DNA of 63,944 nucleotides, the filler included, from Octopus bimaculoides (lineage: Eukaryota), in assembly GCF_001194135.2 (NCBI RefSeq). It is 7 parts of 6 records of this genome, joined end to end, with 100 filler letters (N's around TTAATTAATTAA, not from the genome) between each part and the next. Parts side by side here need not be neighbours in the genome. Positions count along the whole stretch, not along the records: positions 1 to 27,709 come from NC_068985.1; 6 more parts are not named here. One strand, written 5' to 3'. Made by a program: the position numbers and the translations under genes. The notes beneath the pieces are model-generated. The model ran no database searches. It saw nothing but the letters and a program-made list of their open reading frames with translations, and was not told the DNA's origin. Every line of letters starts with the position of its first letter. The stretch's first letter is position 1. Shown here piece after piece: positions 1-13,400 of this stretch.

Positions 1-466
1 TTTGCGGGACATGAGGAACAACGTCCGGTCCTTTATTTTGACGGTCATCGTTTTCGTAGGGTACCGGTTCGTTTATTTCTGTTGTCAGATTGTTTTGCAC
101 GTTCAGATCTTCGTATTTTTTTCGTAACAAGCTTACAGTACGCACTTCTTGGTTGTTATTGTTGGGTGTAATAATACCGGTGTTATTTAATCTGTTTGTA
201 ATTTTTTTGTACATGGTGTTTTTGGGTTCGAAGATGGTTTGGTTTTGATGTAACACGTGTGTTTACGATCGCTGTGCGGGTAGTGGAGGTATCAAGTTAA
301 AATACATCACTATATTTGCAAAAATAGAAATAAATTTCAATGAGTATTACTTACTCGGATATAGTCCAACCGTTTTGGCTCCATGCGATGTCTTTATATC
401 TGATGTTTTTGGATAAGTTTCGGAGCAGTGATTTATCGTTCTCACAAGTTAAACTTCCCCGGTGTC

Positions 467-469
<3 letters not shown>

Positions 470-537
<68 letters not shown>
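470..537. repeat. (TTA)n microsatellite
   Basis: Uninterrupted ATT/TTA triplets; source of the poly-I/L/Y/N ORFs here. Confidence 0.95.
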
Positions 538-539
<2 letters not shown>

Positions 540-758
540 AATTAAACTTTCGGAGAGGCATTATGTCGGTAATAAACACACGTACTGGTTCAGTCCTTTA
601 TTAATTTATAAACAGTATTTAGTTTGTTTGTTAAATCATTTCATTGCACTCTTGTAATCTCTTCAGTAACTTGTCTCTCCACGTCCAAGATTTAATTGTA
701 TTTCTTTCAACACACGTATCCACATCAAGAATCTTGCACACGAAATACACATGCGAAA

Positions 759-769
759 TATTATTATTA

Positions 770-837
<68 letters not shown>
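759..837. repeat. (TTA)n microsatellite at 3' flank of R4/Dong-like copy 1
   Basis: Triplet run abutting the element's 3' end at 838. Confidence 0.95.
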
Positions 838-838
<1 letters not shown>

Positions 839-1713
839 CTTCGTAACACAGTGTAGCTAAAAATGCACCGGAGTCTTTAGTCATCTGTCAAGTCACAACA
901 AGGACCTCAGACTGCTAATACTTTCTTTAAGATGTGCTCTGTGCTCAGTAAGGCTGCTTTTTGCAAGACATCAAGGAGTTAAGGAGTTTTGAAGTTTCAA
1001 TAGGATTGAGCTCAGCGCTCCGATCACCACTGGTACTACTTTTACATTACCCTCTCGCATTCCATACAGTCTTACCATTTCTGCTTTCAGTTCGGAGTAC
1101 TTAGTGATCTTTTCAGCCTCTTTACTCACAACGTTCATATCGTTTGGTATGGCTACATCACTGATCTGACAGTATTTGTCTCTATTATGCAATATGACAA
1201 TATCCGGCCGACGGTGTTCGATCCGTCTGAAAATCATAGTCACAGAGTAGCATTACTTTTCCATCCTCCTGCATAACTTTCCTTGGTACGTGCTCATACC
1301 TGTTCTCTGTTATTTAAAATTGGTATTTACGGCAATGAAGATACACACACACTTTATCGTGGCGGCGCTTGTATTCTTTTTGTGCGAGACTCTCACATTC
1401 ACTAACCAACTGGGTCACATTTCTCAAACTCTTTCCACAGACGTTTTATAGATGTTATACTTCACTGAACTGAATTGGTAGCGAGAGCCTGATCCTGTGC
1501 CGCAATGATCAGGCTTTCGGTGTTACGCATCAAATCACCTCGCTCAAGCCATGCCCACGATGTTGTATTATTCTTAACGTCTTGTGTATTCCTTTTAAAC
1601 TGTCCATGCATTCTCATTTAAAGAGGTTTTCTTTTCTCTTCTGTTCATCTCTTTGGTTAAACTCTTCCTTGCCCATCATTTCATCTGCATTTACACCCAT
1701 ATCTTTTACGGCA
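838..1713 (-). mobile_element. 5'-truncated R4/Dong-like non-LTR retrotransposon relic (zinc knuckle + restriction-like endonuclease)
   Basis: Minus-strand translation gives TESLIIAAQDQAL, ENVTQLVSECESLAQKEYKRRHD and RRPDIVIL..DVAIP..KEAEKITKYSEL..VVPVVIGAL, the PD..D/ExK-type RLE signature of R2/R4-group elements; frameshifted. Confidence 0.85.
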
Positions 1714-1881
<168 letters not shown>

Positions 1882-2067
1882 CATTTTATGTTTGCCTTTT
1901 GCTTTGCATTTGTACAAGTTGGCTCCAAGTTTTCAAGAGACAAGAAATTAGAAGTTCATGTTGGTGTTATGCCTAGGGTGCCATATATTTTGGTTTGTAC
2001 ATAGTGTTGTTCTAGAAAATGTTTAAGAAGCTATAAAAAAATTGTGTTGCTTTTAAATTTTAGATTA

Positions 2068-2068
<1 letters not shown>

Positions 2069-2137
<69 letters not shown>
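2069..2137. repeat. (TTA)n microsatellite at 3' flank of R4/Dong-like copy 2
   Basis: Triplet run abutting the element's 3' end. Confidence 0.95.
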
Positions 2138-2140
<3 letters not shown>

Positions 2141-4163
2141 TAGTTTTATTTTTATCACGTGCTTCCACTGCACTACCGAGTTCAGCTGTGTGTGCCTGGA
2201 GCATGTGCTGCAGTTTGCTGTGGTGCTCTTATTTTCACTGTATTGAAAGTGTTTTATGTAGGATATGTGCGGTGCCTGGTAGTGCTATTTTCTGTATGTC
2301 ATATATACTTGTAAGTCCTGGTGTTTTTGCTGAATGTTTTCTTTTGTCTGAATGTTTTTTTATTTTACCTAATGCGCTTACTATAATAGGAATTGCTTCT
2401 GTTTTTAGGCTCCACATTCGAGTAACATCTATTTCCAGATCTTTGGATTTAAAAAGTTTCTCCGTTTCTTTTAGAAAAACATTGTCATCTGTTGGTATTG
2501 GTACATCAGTTAGAAAGCATTTTTCTTGGATATTGTCTAAGATTATATCCGGCCTATTGACTTTGATTTCTCTATCTGTGTGTATTGACATATCCCAGAG
2601 TATGGTTGTTTTCTCATTTTCTGTGTGTTTTCTGGCGTGTGCTTATATGATCTCTTTTCTGTTGTTATTCCATAGCATTGGCATACCTCCCTGTGTATTT
2701 AGGTCCCAACTCTGTCGCGTCTGTGAATATATTCCTTCTTTGCTGGGATTGGGCAACCAGAGACAATATGGTTTATTGTTTCTTCTCCATCACCACATAT
2801 TCTGCAGTTACTTGTATTTCTTTTCATTATATGTTTTTGGTGATTGTAGGTGTGAGGGATTTGATCTTGTGCTGCAATTAAAAATCCTTCAGTCTCTGAT
2901 TTGAGTTCTGAACTTCTCAGCTATTGTTTGGATTTTGCTTTCTCTATTTTTTTTCAGTTTATCTTAACCAAATATTTACCATTCAGGGGCTTTTTTTTCA
3001 ATCGTTTTACCATGATCCGTTGCTGTTCCTGTTTTAGTTTGGATTTCAGTTGTTTTACAGTTTTTGTTGTTTCTCTTTTTTTCTTCATAGTTGTTAGGTA
3101 GTATGACTTCTTTTTTTTTTTGTATTTGTGAGCTTCCTTCAAATACCGAAAACAGTTTTTTGTTTTGTTCGTGTTTTGTGGCTATTTGTTTCAGTTTTCC
3201 TTGCTTCTGCTGTAGGTATTTCTGTAATCCTATGGTAGTTATTTTGTAATAGTTTTCTAAATATATAAGCCTACCTACGGTACCTTGTATAAATATAACA
3301 TTTCTATGTTAGATTTTAGGTGATGCATTCCAAATACTGTCATTATTTTTCTTGTTTTCCTGTCTATTATGATTAGTTCGTTTAGAGTCCTGTTAAGAAT
3401 ATTGTAGCTCAAACTTATTACTGGGACGTGTAGCGTGTTGATACCTATTATCTTGTTTTCCCCATTGAGCAGTTTTCAGTATTAATCTAACTCGTTTATA
3501 GTATTCCATTCTCACCTTCCCTTTCATTTGTGTGTGTTGTAGCGTATATAATTTATTGATTCTTAAGTATTTGTATGTCTGGTTTTCGTCTAAGTTTCTT
3601 GTTTCATTTGCTTTATCTAGTTTGATGTTATTCTTAAGTAGTTTTCCTCTTTTCAAGATTGCTTCGATACATTTTTATAAGCTAAGTTTCATGTTTATTT
3701 CTTTGGTAAATCCACGTACTGTCTGTAATAATGTTTCCAACTGTTTATCATTTGCAGCATACAGTTTTAATTCATCCATATACTATAGATGGTTGATTGT
3801 TTTCCAATAACATTTGTATCCACATCCAGTTCTGTTTAGCATGTCAGATGAGGGTATCAGTGCCAACCAGGGAAAGAGTGGAGAGAGTGTGTCTCCCTGG
3901 AATATTCCTCTACTAATGGTGTGGATTTCGTTTTTATGACTCCCTCTTTCGTCTGGAGCTGTAGCACTGTTTGCCACTTTTTTATGGAGTGTTTTATATA
4001 TTTTATGATTATGGGTGCTACCTTGTTCATGGCTAGTGTTTCTAGGATCTATATGTGAGGAATACTATCAAAAGCCTTTCGATAATCGGTCCAAGCTATT
4101 CTTAGACCCCTCTTTTTCCTATGGCTGTCTTAAGTTATAGATTTATTGATGTAATAGGTGATC

Positions 4164-4164
<1 letters not shown>
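2138..4164 (-). mobile_element. 5'-truncated R4/Dong-like retrotransposon relic (partial RT + RLE), decayed
   Basis: IAWTDYRKAFDSIPH, RGIFQGDTLSPL, ELKSETEGFLIAAQDQ and TDREIKVNRPDII..DVPIP..KETEKLFKSKDLEI..IPIIVSALG; many stops and frameshifts. Confidence 0.9.
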
Positions 4165-4235
<71 letters not shown>

Positions 4236-4291
4236 TTATAATAATATTATTATTAATTTTAACTACATTCAGTACAAGCAAATATTTCTGC

Positions 4292-4345
<54 letters not shown>

Positions 4346-4365
4346 TATTATTATTATTATTATTA
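4165..4365. repeat. Compound (TTA)n / (AAT)n / (TTA)n microsatellite
   Basis: TTA run 4165-~4236, AAT run 4292-4345, then TTA run to ~4365. Confidence 0.9.
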
Positions 4366-4443
4366 ATTTTATCATAATTATTAAGTGCGAAATACAAACT
4401 GATTTTATATGTGCCTGTATGATTCTGTATGTGTGTGTATTAT

Positions 4444-4826
4444 TGCAAAATGCGGGCTCTCTTTCGTATCAACATGCTTTCAACAAACGTTAGTAGCAGG
4501 GAAACCTCAGACCAGCCAGCAAGCGAACTTGTCCTGACAGGAAGACGTCATGCACGGCTAGGTGTCTTCTAAACGCATGTCACGCAAAATTTGGTTCTTT
4601 GTTAATTGGTTTCACACAGACTGACTTCTACTAAATCCTTTCTACGCACGGAGACTAACCCGCCTTATGTACTCGAGCATTAATCTAGAATCTTCTACAC
4701 CGTCATACGACTTCGTAACTTCTAGAACTTTATTCTTATCCAATCAGCTTCCTAGCCGTTTGGTAAGCAGCCCTCCACCAACGTACATCAGCTGACCATA
4801 TGAGAGATGCAATTTCTCACGTAACA
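4444..4826 (-). mobile_element. Probable solo LTR (Gypsy-like, 4-bp TSD)
   Basis: Begins TG (4444) and ends CA (4826), flanked by TTAT at 4440-4443 and 4827-4830; GC-richer than flanks; minus-strand AATAAA near 4730; no coding remnant. Confidence 0.5.
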
Positions 4827-5529
4827 TTATTCTGAAATTTTCCCCGACACTCTAACATGATGCAATATTACATAGTTATTACACAGAAAACTAAACAACT
4901 TCACAAATGTACCATACAAAATTATATTTAAGTTAACATAAACAGAACTTAGTCTCTCCTTCATAACAATGTTCGTGTATGTACGTGTATACAATGATTC
5001 AATTAAAAAGCGAATTAGAAAGAGATGAAAATTGATCATAATAACTGAAGAGCTGTCTTCCTTATTTATATATCTTATACGACAATAGAACATTTAATAT
5101 ATGTCAATCCATTTCACTTTTCATTTCCTGAAACTCAGTATGCTCAACTATATTCAGATACAAGTTGATTCCAAGTGAAATATGTGTACTCGAGGAAATA
5201 ACAGGATACATCTCAATACTTCAGTTTGGTGTATTCTGAGCATCATGAGAAGCTTTTTATATTTCTGTGTTCTGTGAAAGCAGGAATGTATCCATTGAGG
5301 AAACTATAAAGTATTTGTGACATGGGGTCTTAAGTTTACGACATTTCAGATATTTTTACAAAAATTCAGAAGCAAAGCACCAGTTTGTTTGAATAACACT
5401 CACACACTCACATGCACACGTCGCTTTTCATATTATCCTGTAACAACGTCACATCGAAGACTTTGTCGCGTTGATTCTTCATTCAGATGTGCAGAAATTT
5501 CTTTCTCTGCTATCGTTGATCATGATCTT

Positions 5530-5900
5530 AGCCCGTAACGAGCGGTGATTACTGCCTGTGTTGAACAGCACTATTCCGGAGACGTCTTACGGTATGCGTT
5601 TGCATATCCTTCAAGATCGCTTCCAAAACAAGCGGTTCCTAATGTAAGGTTTTCTTGCCTTTGCCATGATAGCCAATCTCCTCATTCATTTCTCCACCCC
5701 GAAGCAAAATCCGCTTAGATTCGATGAGTACTCGGAGAAGCAGGAACCTATTAGTAGTTGACTTTCTTGGCGTGAAACCTGATTGCTCCGGCCATGGAGA
5801 GGCAATAAGATAATTTTGCACTCTATTTCCCATAACCTTGGCAAAGACTTTACTGGACACTGAGAGGAATGTAACAACCCTATATCATCATCGTAATAAT
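5530..5900 (-). mobile_element. RTE-like LINE fragment
   Basis: SKVFAKVMGNRVQNYL..PEQSGFTPRKSTTNRFLLLRVLIE resembles RT motifs 1-2 of RTE clade. Confidence 0.65.
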
Positions 5901-7058
5901 ACTTTCTTTTATTTGCCACGAAAAGTTCACAAAAAGGCATTGGAGCGGTACAAGAGAATACAATATGGGGTAACATAAACTGAAGTGTGTAAACAATAAA
6001 AAAAAAGGTGGAAGAAAGGTATTACAAATCCAACAGCTGTTTCTGGGGGCTCGGCAATCCATAATAATCTTTGTAGATTAATTCCATCATTGAATGCGGC
6101 CGTATGGATGCATTTAACATAGAATGAGACGAGCCTCCATCTTCTGAGAAAAAAATTTATATTTGAGATCTTAAATCAGAGAAGTTCAAAGATGTTATGA
6201 TTAAATGTGTAAAGTTAAGTGTATTAGAGGGAGAAACTGGAGAGTATTAATAAAAGGAACAATGAGAGGAGGAAATGAGGTTCAATAATGAGGGTTAATA
6301 AAGAGGCTTGTAGGGAGTAGTAGTAGAAGAGGTGGAGAGTACGAAGATGAGGGGGTAGTAGGTAGCATGTGAATGGTAGTCTATTGTGTCGAGTTTCCTT
6401 GAAAGCTATAGAATTAATGGTTGAAATAGTGAGAGAAAGGAATGCCAAATATTTGAGGGAAATAAGGTGACTAGTTAAGTGGCTGAAGGAGATTATTAAG
6501 GTATGTAGAAAAGTATGAGTTTCCAAAGGTGCATCTTTTCAGTGAAATGAGATGAATCATGACAAATCCGGAAGCGTCTTCTTCGCTATTATTCCCTTTC
6601 ACCTACTTTGTACTAGATATAAAAATCTATGCTCATATAAATATCTACACATGCACACATTATAATATTTGTGATTGTGCAAGTAATAATTTACAATTGC
6701 ATAACACTTTCGAATACAATATCATGTAATATTGCCTTACAAACTTGATATAATATATAAGTTAATATGGTAAACAATTATCAGCAAATATTTCCGATTC
6801 AATGAAGAAAACAATACTGGAGGTCTTATCAGACGTAAAATAGTTGATAATCGTTTAGGAAAAAAAACAAAACACCTGAGTTACAACCCTAAATTCGACA
6901 CAAAATAATCCTAAACAATGTTAACGATGTACAGCAAAATTGTGATTTTCTCAAAGTTGAAAGCTATATTTGCATGCTCAAGTTTCGGAAGAAAATATCA
7001 AAACATTCGTATGCAAGAGACACGGCCCAATATTTAAATAAAATATACGTGTGTATAC

Positions 7059-7101
<43 letters not shown>

Positions 7102-10100
7102 TGTGTGTGAGACATCATTGTGTAAATGTGACTCAATCGTGTAGAATTTTGTAGGTGGCTATGAAATCAATTGACTTCTTTACCTGCTGGTAAATAGAAG
7201 TTGGTAGTACCAGGAAAAAAGAGTTTTTTTTCTTTTCTTTTTGATTTTGATGAACGAATAGGAAGGTGAAGATAAAGTGAAGGTATGAGACAGGAAAGGA
7301 TGAAAAGGTGAAGAATTGAGGTATGATTACAGTGCCACTTGAACATCTGCCATATTCCATAAGCACCTGACACATTATTCATATACACATTATTGTGTTG
7401 ACACAAAACGTGTAGATACAGACAGTGCTACCATGCTGATATTGTCGTTTCAGGTGGTTATTCAAAAGTTGTTAGGTTGATATTGTTGGAGGAGTTAGTA
7501 GTCTTGATTTTGGTGTTGTTGATATTGGTGATGGTGACAATACAAGTATAGTTGGTGTTGCTGGTGATCATATTATTTTTGTATGCTGTATTGTTATTGC
7601 TATTTAGTCTCAAGTCAATACTCATTGATTTTACATTGCAGAAGTATATCAAGTTACTTAATGTCATTGTCTTTCATTTTATACGGAGTACCTTATTTCG
7701 TTCGTACCATTGTTGCTACTGTGTTATTCGTCATTAAAAAGGTAGAAAGTTTATAATGGTGATGGTTGTGTTTGTTTCTAGTGTTGACGACGCTTATATT
7801 TTGGTTGCTTACATTAGTAGTATTGAAGCTAGTGGTAGTGAAAGTAGATTACTATATATAGATATATATATATAAAAATAAAGATAGATAGGTAGATAAA
7901 TAGATAGATAGATAAAGATAGATAGGTAAAGATAGGTAATAGATAGATAAAGATAGATACGTAGGTCGACCACTCAAATATTCACAGGTGAAATTTACTC
8001 CACATTTAGTAAGCATTTTATAGTGTCATTCAAAACATTTTCACATACGCACCCGTTTATGTATATATAAATATATATATATGTTTGTGTGTGTGTGTGT
8101 GTGTGTGTGTAGGTAGTGCTCCAGCATAGCTACCCCCAACTGCTGGAACTGGTAAGGCAATAGAATAATATAATTATGTTTTTATGTGCGTGTATGTAAC
8201 GGCATGCATATGTGCCGTTAGATAGTGTATCTACGCATCCATTTCTTCAGATATCGAATTAAATATGAAAGCGTCCATTGTTGAAGATTATATATATATA
8301 TACACCTCTGTGTGTGTGAGTACATACACTGAATTGCGCAAACCTTTTGTTCAATAAAATTCCCATAAATATAAAGTTCATTTTTGCCGAAGACCCTAAG
8401 TAGCTTATTGAAAATTGAATGTTGCATCAACATTAATAATAAACGCAATATCAACGCGGATTTGCAAATATACCATGGATACGCAACGTTTATTTTGGTT
8501 ATAGATGTAAATCTGATATTCAGCATTGATATGTTGAGGCTCTTTTCAATTCTCGTTTTGTTATTTCCGAACTGTATATTATGCTTGAATATAAATAAAA
8601 AAAAAATCAATTATATTTCCCATTGGTCGTTTTAATTTCAATTAATTCTTTATTAAATTTGCAAATAATATGCAGTGTTCTGGGTTCATGCTAAAATTCG
8701 AGGATATGTATCAATTTAATTTGAATTTATAGCAATATCGCAAAGCAATAAATGATGCTTTATTTGATTTCGGTTCGATTTTTATAATCAATCCTTTCAT
8801 ATAATAGAAAATCGGATACATTGTGAAAGACATGGTGGAGTATTGTTATTTCATAATGTAATTTTATTACAGATCTCTTTTTGTATTAAAAGGTTAGCTA
8901 AAAACAAATCTTATATTCAAACGTGAAATAAATGAAAGAGAACAGAGAGCGAGTTAGAAAGTGACAGAAAGTACTGTATAGTATATTTCTATTCAACATT
9001 GTCGGAATGAATGGCTATAAATTAATATAACATTAAAAGTCAGATTAATTTATGCCGGTAAATTTAGTAGCCGGAGAGAAGTGCGCAGTAAAATGAAACA
9101 AGGAGGAAACTGGGCTATATTGAAATAGTGATAGAGGGCAATATGGCAGACGGAGAAAAAGTGAGTCTGGAAGACATGAATTCATTATTGAGGCATATGT
9201 TCTCATAATTGATGGTTTCCATAGCTAAGGGAATGAAGTGGTAAACGGTTTTGAAATACGGCACCATCTTTATGGGAAGATTTTTCTGCAACAGTGACCT
9301 TTGAAGAGAGACTAATCAGAACATTATTGTTTTCCCCCTTAAAGGTTATCGCTTGGCATCGATTTCTAATAAATATTCAGTGAAATTAAAGCCTAGGTCA
9401 GACTTGAAGAGAGAAATAATTCAACAAAAATATCTCGCTCCATTCTGAATTAATGTAGATTTGATTGAAAACAGTCAAACTATAAACAAAATTATTATAT
9501 AACAATATTTTCTACCTTATAAATAAAACATGAAATAAAAATGACATTAAATCTAGAAATGATAGATATATTCGTTCCGTTTCTTTTTTAATTATTGTCT
9601 GTTCTCAACTTTCAGACCACGCTCTGACATACAATTTAACAAGGGACGTACTGTAGTCAACAACATCACAAATACTGAAAGTAATGATTATATAACAGTA
9701 ATCACAAACGCATAAATAGATGTATTGACAGTAATATTATACCAACATAGAAATGAGCAAAAAGAATGACAATAATAATTTTAAATAAATGAACATGATA
9801 TATCAAGTCTCGAAACTGACTCAAATCATTATACTTACAGAAAATAAAATGCATGTATAAGGTAGTTGAATAAACGTTTTATGGTATAGGCACCACAAAA
9901 TTTTATGAACTTTTAACGGCTGATTATATTGTTAGCAGTATTTCAATGGTAGTCTATTTTATCCACTTCAGAACAACAGAAAAAATGTAGGCAAAGGTCT
10001 TTTTGTGATACTATAACACATCAGGATTAGCCATGCCTTTAATTCTTCTAGGATCATTGAGATAAGTACCCCATAGGTATTAAAGGCAAAATAATAAGGA

Positions 10101-10279
10101 CATTCCAGAGGGGCTGTAAATCTGTTTGCAAAAATAAGAGCGGTGGCGGTTGGTTACTAAATGTGCCAGATTGAAGGCTTTCTTTTTTAATATTTACTAA
10201 GATGCCACATTTCTGTGATCAGATCATGGAATTGATACAGCGAAGGTAAGACAGACATCGTGTTGGATAGCATCAACTG

Positions 10280-11473
10280 GGATCTTTTCCTTTTGGCCGG
10301 CACATAGAAAAAATAATTTTTGGGAGCTAAACACTTTCAAATTTCGTATACTGGTAGAATGTGTCATTTAAAACGTCATTTACTCTTGGCGTTTTAAAGA
10401 AAATTCTTTATTTTCGAAGTTATTTCGTGTTAAAGTTGTCGTATTTCGGTAATTTCAACCAATCAATGACGTCTATTGAGGTGAAAACAATTACTGCTGT
10501 GGTTTGTCAACAAGACGTTTCGGCGGTGTATATTTGGTTTGTCACTGTTATTTATGATATCGTTCGTGCGTTTGTACTGGTTTTAGCTTTAGGGTTTTAG
10601 GGTTAGGTTTCGGGTTTTAAAATTAAGATTAGGGTTTTAGAGTCAGGATTAGGGATTTAGGGTTTGGGATNNNNNNNNNNATCGTTCGTGCGTTTGTACT
10701 GGTTTTAGCTTTAGGGTTTTAGGGTTAGTTTAGGGTTTTTCAGCTACTATTTCGGAAAGACATTTTTGCTCCTTCCCCTTCCAATTTCTTCATTTTTCAC
10801 ATTTTTCCGAAACTGTAACCCTAAATTCCCAACCCTAACCCTGAAACCCTAACCCTAACTTTAAAACCCTACCCCTAACCATGACTCTAAAAACCCTAAC
10901 CCTGACCCTAACTCTGAAACCCGAACCCTAACCCTAACCCTAAAACCTTAAAGCCAGTACAAACGCACGAACGATGTCATAAATAATAGTGACAAACGAA
11001 ATATATACCGCCGATAGTTGTTGCTAACAAACAACGGCAGTAATTTTATTCAAGGGAAAAGATCCCAAAATAGGCAATTTCGAAAACGCTAAAACAAAAC
11101 GAAAATACTTCCACAAACAAAATAAACTGAAAAAATGAAAAAAATAACTAATAACTGAATTGATTAAACTATACACACGTGTATCTCAAATGTAAATATA
11201 TCAGAAATAACAGTGACAAACCAAATATACACCGCCGAAACGTCTTGTTGACAAACCACAGCAGTAATTGTTTTCACCCCAATAGACGTCATTGTTTCGT
11301 TGAAATTAACGGAAATACGACAACACGAAATAACTTCGAAAATAAAGAATTTTCTTAAAAACGCCAAGAGTAAATGTTGTTTTAATTGACACATTCTACC
11401 AGTATACGAAATTTGAAAGTGTTTAGTTACAAAAAATTATTTTTTCTATGTGCCGACCAAAAGGAAAAGATCC
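10280..11473. mobile_element. Foldback-type non-autonomous DNA element with ~270-bp TIRs and internal TTAGGG-like repeats
   Basis: 10280-~10555 is the reverse complement of ~11205-11473 (termini GGATCTTTTCC/GGAAAAGATCC); direct repeat ATCAACTG at 10272-10279 and 11474-11481; degenerate TTAGGG runs 10585-10735 and CCCTAA runs 10816-10950. Confidence 0.8.
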
Positions 11474-12439
11474 ATCAACTGAACTAAAATATAGAAATAA
11501 ACTTTGTGAAAATTGAAAGTAAAAATTAAATAAAAATTATACATTTATCACTAGATGAGAAATATATTGGGAAGACGTAGTGGTTCATAAAGAATTACTT
11601 GAAACCACAACAGCCATATTTGGTATCGCAGTATAACATTTAGAAAGATATTTTGCCCTCTATAACACATTGGAATACATTTAGAATGACATTTTACCTT
11701 CCCTGCTTGATCGACTCTTTTGACAATAGTTTCTCACACAGACATAGAACCAAAGATGACTAAATGAGAGACGCGTGCTTATTTCCAGAAACAATACTTT
11801 TCTTTTGCATATATAACAACTACGCGCAATGGAAATTGAACTTATTCTGTCGACTTAAAAATTGACTAACTACAAGTATTACTTCATTCAGCTCTTCCAC
11901 TGTGTCAGCTTTTGAAGTAGTGAAAATGCTAAAAAAAAAAAAAAAAAAAAAAAAAANNNNNNNNNNAAAAAAAAAAAAAAAAAAGAAAAAATGAAGCAGA
12001 AAAATTACTAAAATTGTGTCTGATCTTCGTATTAAGAACTTTAATGTATTCCCGCTTTGGAAAATGTGCCACACTTACAATGAAACCATTAGGCCATCTC
12101 GGTCTATTATCTTTAAAGTTTGGATTATAAATTGCAACTCGTCTTGATAGCAGTTTTGTAGTATTTGAAATCTCTGAATTCAAATATTTAATTATCAAGA
12201 TGATTACACGGAGGAGCACGGTGAGGATAATGACAACATCAACAACAGGAACAGCAGCAACAACAAAGCAATTATAAAAATGTTTTCCTTGTTAACCACT
12301 AAGGGTTCACAAAACGAAAAAATATTGGGTACGGTACAAGAAAATATTATGTGGGCTTACATACAATGGAGCGTTGAAACAGTAAAAACGATAAAATAAT
12401 TTTAACCATGAAGAATTCATAAAAAGAGGAAGACTTCCT

Positions 12440-13400
12440 TGGGCTGCTCGTGGGAACATCACAAGACCATGAAGGCCCTGACCACTGGGGCAAGTGCCCT
12501 CTCCTTATTGTCTAATGGTGCATGCTTAGAGTAGGCTGGTTCATTGGGACCATTCAACAAATTGTTAGGAACTAGAACTTCCCACTCTGACCTCGCTTTT
12601 CTTTTCAAGTGAAACTTGAAAAAGTTGCTGAGGGTTTGGCCAAAGAAGAAAATGTCTGTTTAGTCCTTTCAGTCTGCCCCACTACTCTTTCTCTCAGGCT
12701 ATCAGATATCAGACAAAGAATTACTGCCTATCCTTCCCGGCCAAAGGAAGGTGGCGGGATGATCTTCACAATGAACTCAGCCGGTAGCCGGATCTGCTCT
12801 ATACGTGAAGCATGACCTGATGCGGTTCGTCGATGCTCACACTGGTACAGTGAGTAGTTTCAGACAGTTGGAAATATTTGAGTAGGCGTGCGATGCTTTT
12901 GCAGCCCCGTCTTCTAAGGGTGCGTCCAAGACGGAATTCCAGTCACCAGTTAACAATATTAACAATAGAGGTTGAGGCGTTCTTAGGAAAACTTCCAGGC
13001 GGCTGAAGAAGTTCGGTTGCCCTGCCCCTATCGGCGCATTAACAACCACCAGTCTGAAACGCTTTCCGGTCTCTACTGTTCTCATCTAGGACCGCCAGCT
13101 TCCCTTCTGGTTCCAGGAAGATGATCCTTATCTCGAGATGCAAGCCTCTCTGGAGAAACACCGCAGTGTCAACCCCATTCCCAGTTGACATAGAGATAAG
13201 TAAGCCTCGTATCCGCTGAAAATGGGCATGAAAGCTCTCCGTTCGGAAAATTTGCTTTCACTGACAGCCACAGCATCTTAGCTTAGTGATTTGAAGTCAT
13301 TGAGTAGATGGCCCTGTTTCGAAGGCAACTCCAAGCCACTTACAGCCTATTCTGAGCAAGGCCATGTAGGACAATGAAATAGATGGAGAAGAGGAGAGAG
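12440..13400 (-). mobile_element. Tx1/L1-like LINE copy A (APE endonuclease + C-terminal region, RT absent)
   Basis: KQGHLLNDFKSL..AVSESK, RFRLVVVNAP and LTGDWNSVLD (APE), then near 12835 directly C-terminal residues including NFFKFHLKRK. The T/P/K-rich stretch 13730-14190 may be its ORF1 tail. Confidence 0.7.

Noticed and set aside
6224-6526. Possible LINE endonuclease fragment (IAFKETR)
   Set aside because: Only one weak motif in a purine/pyrimidine-skewed stretch; insufficient support.
10681-10728. Exact 48-bp repeat of 10559-10606 across a 10-N gap
   Set aside because: Identical sequence on both sides of a minimal gap suggests an unmerged contig overlap or haplotype duplication.
10585-10950. 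True telomere or chromosome fusion site
   Set aside because: Repeats are short, degenerate and enclosed by TIRs with a TSD, so they belong to a mobile element.
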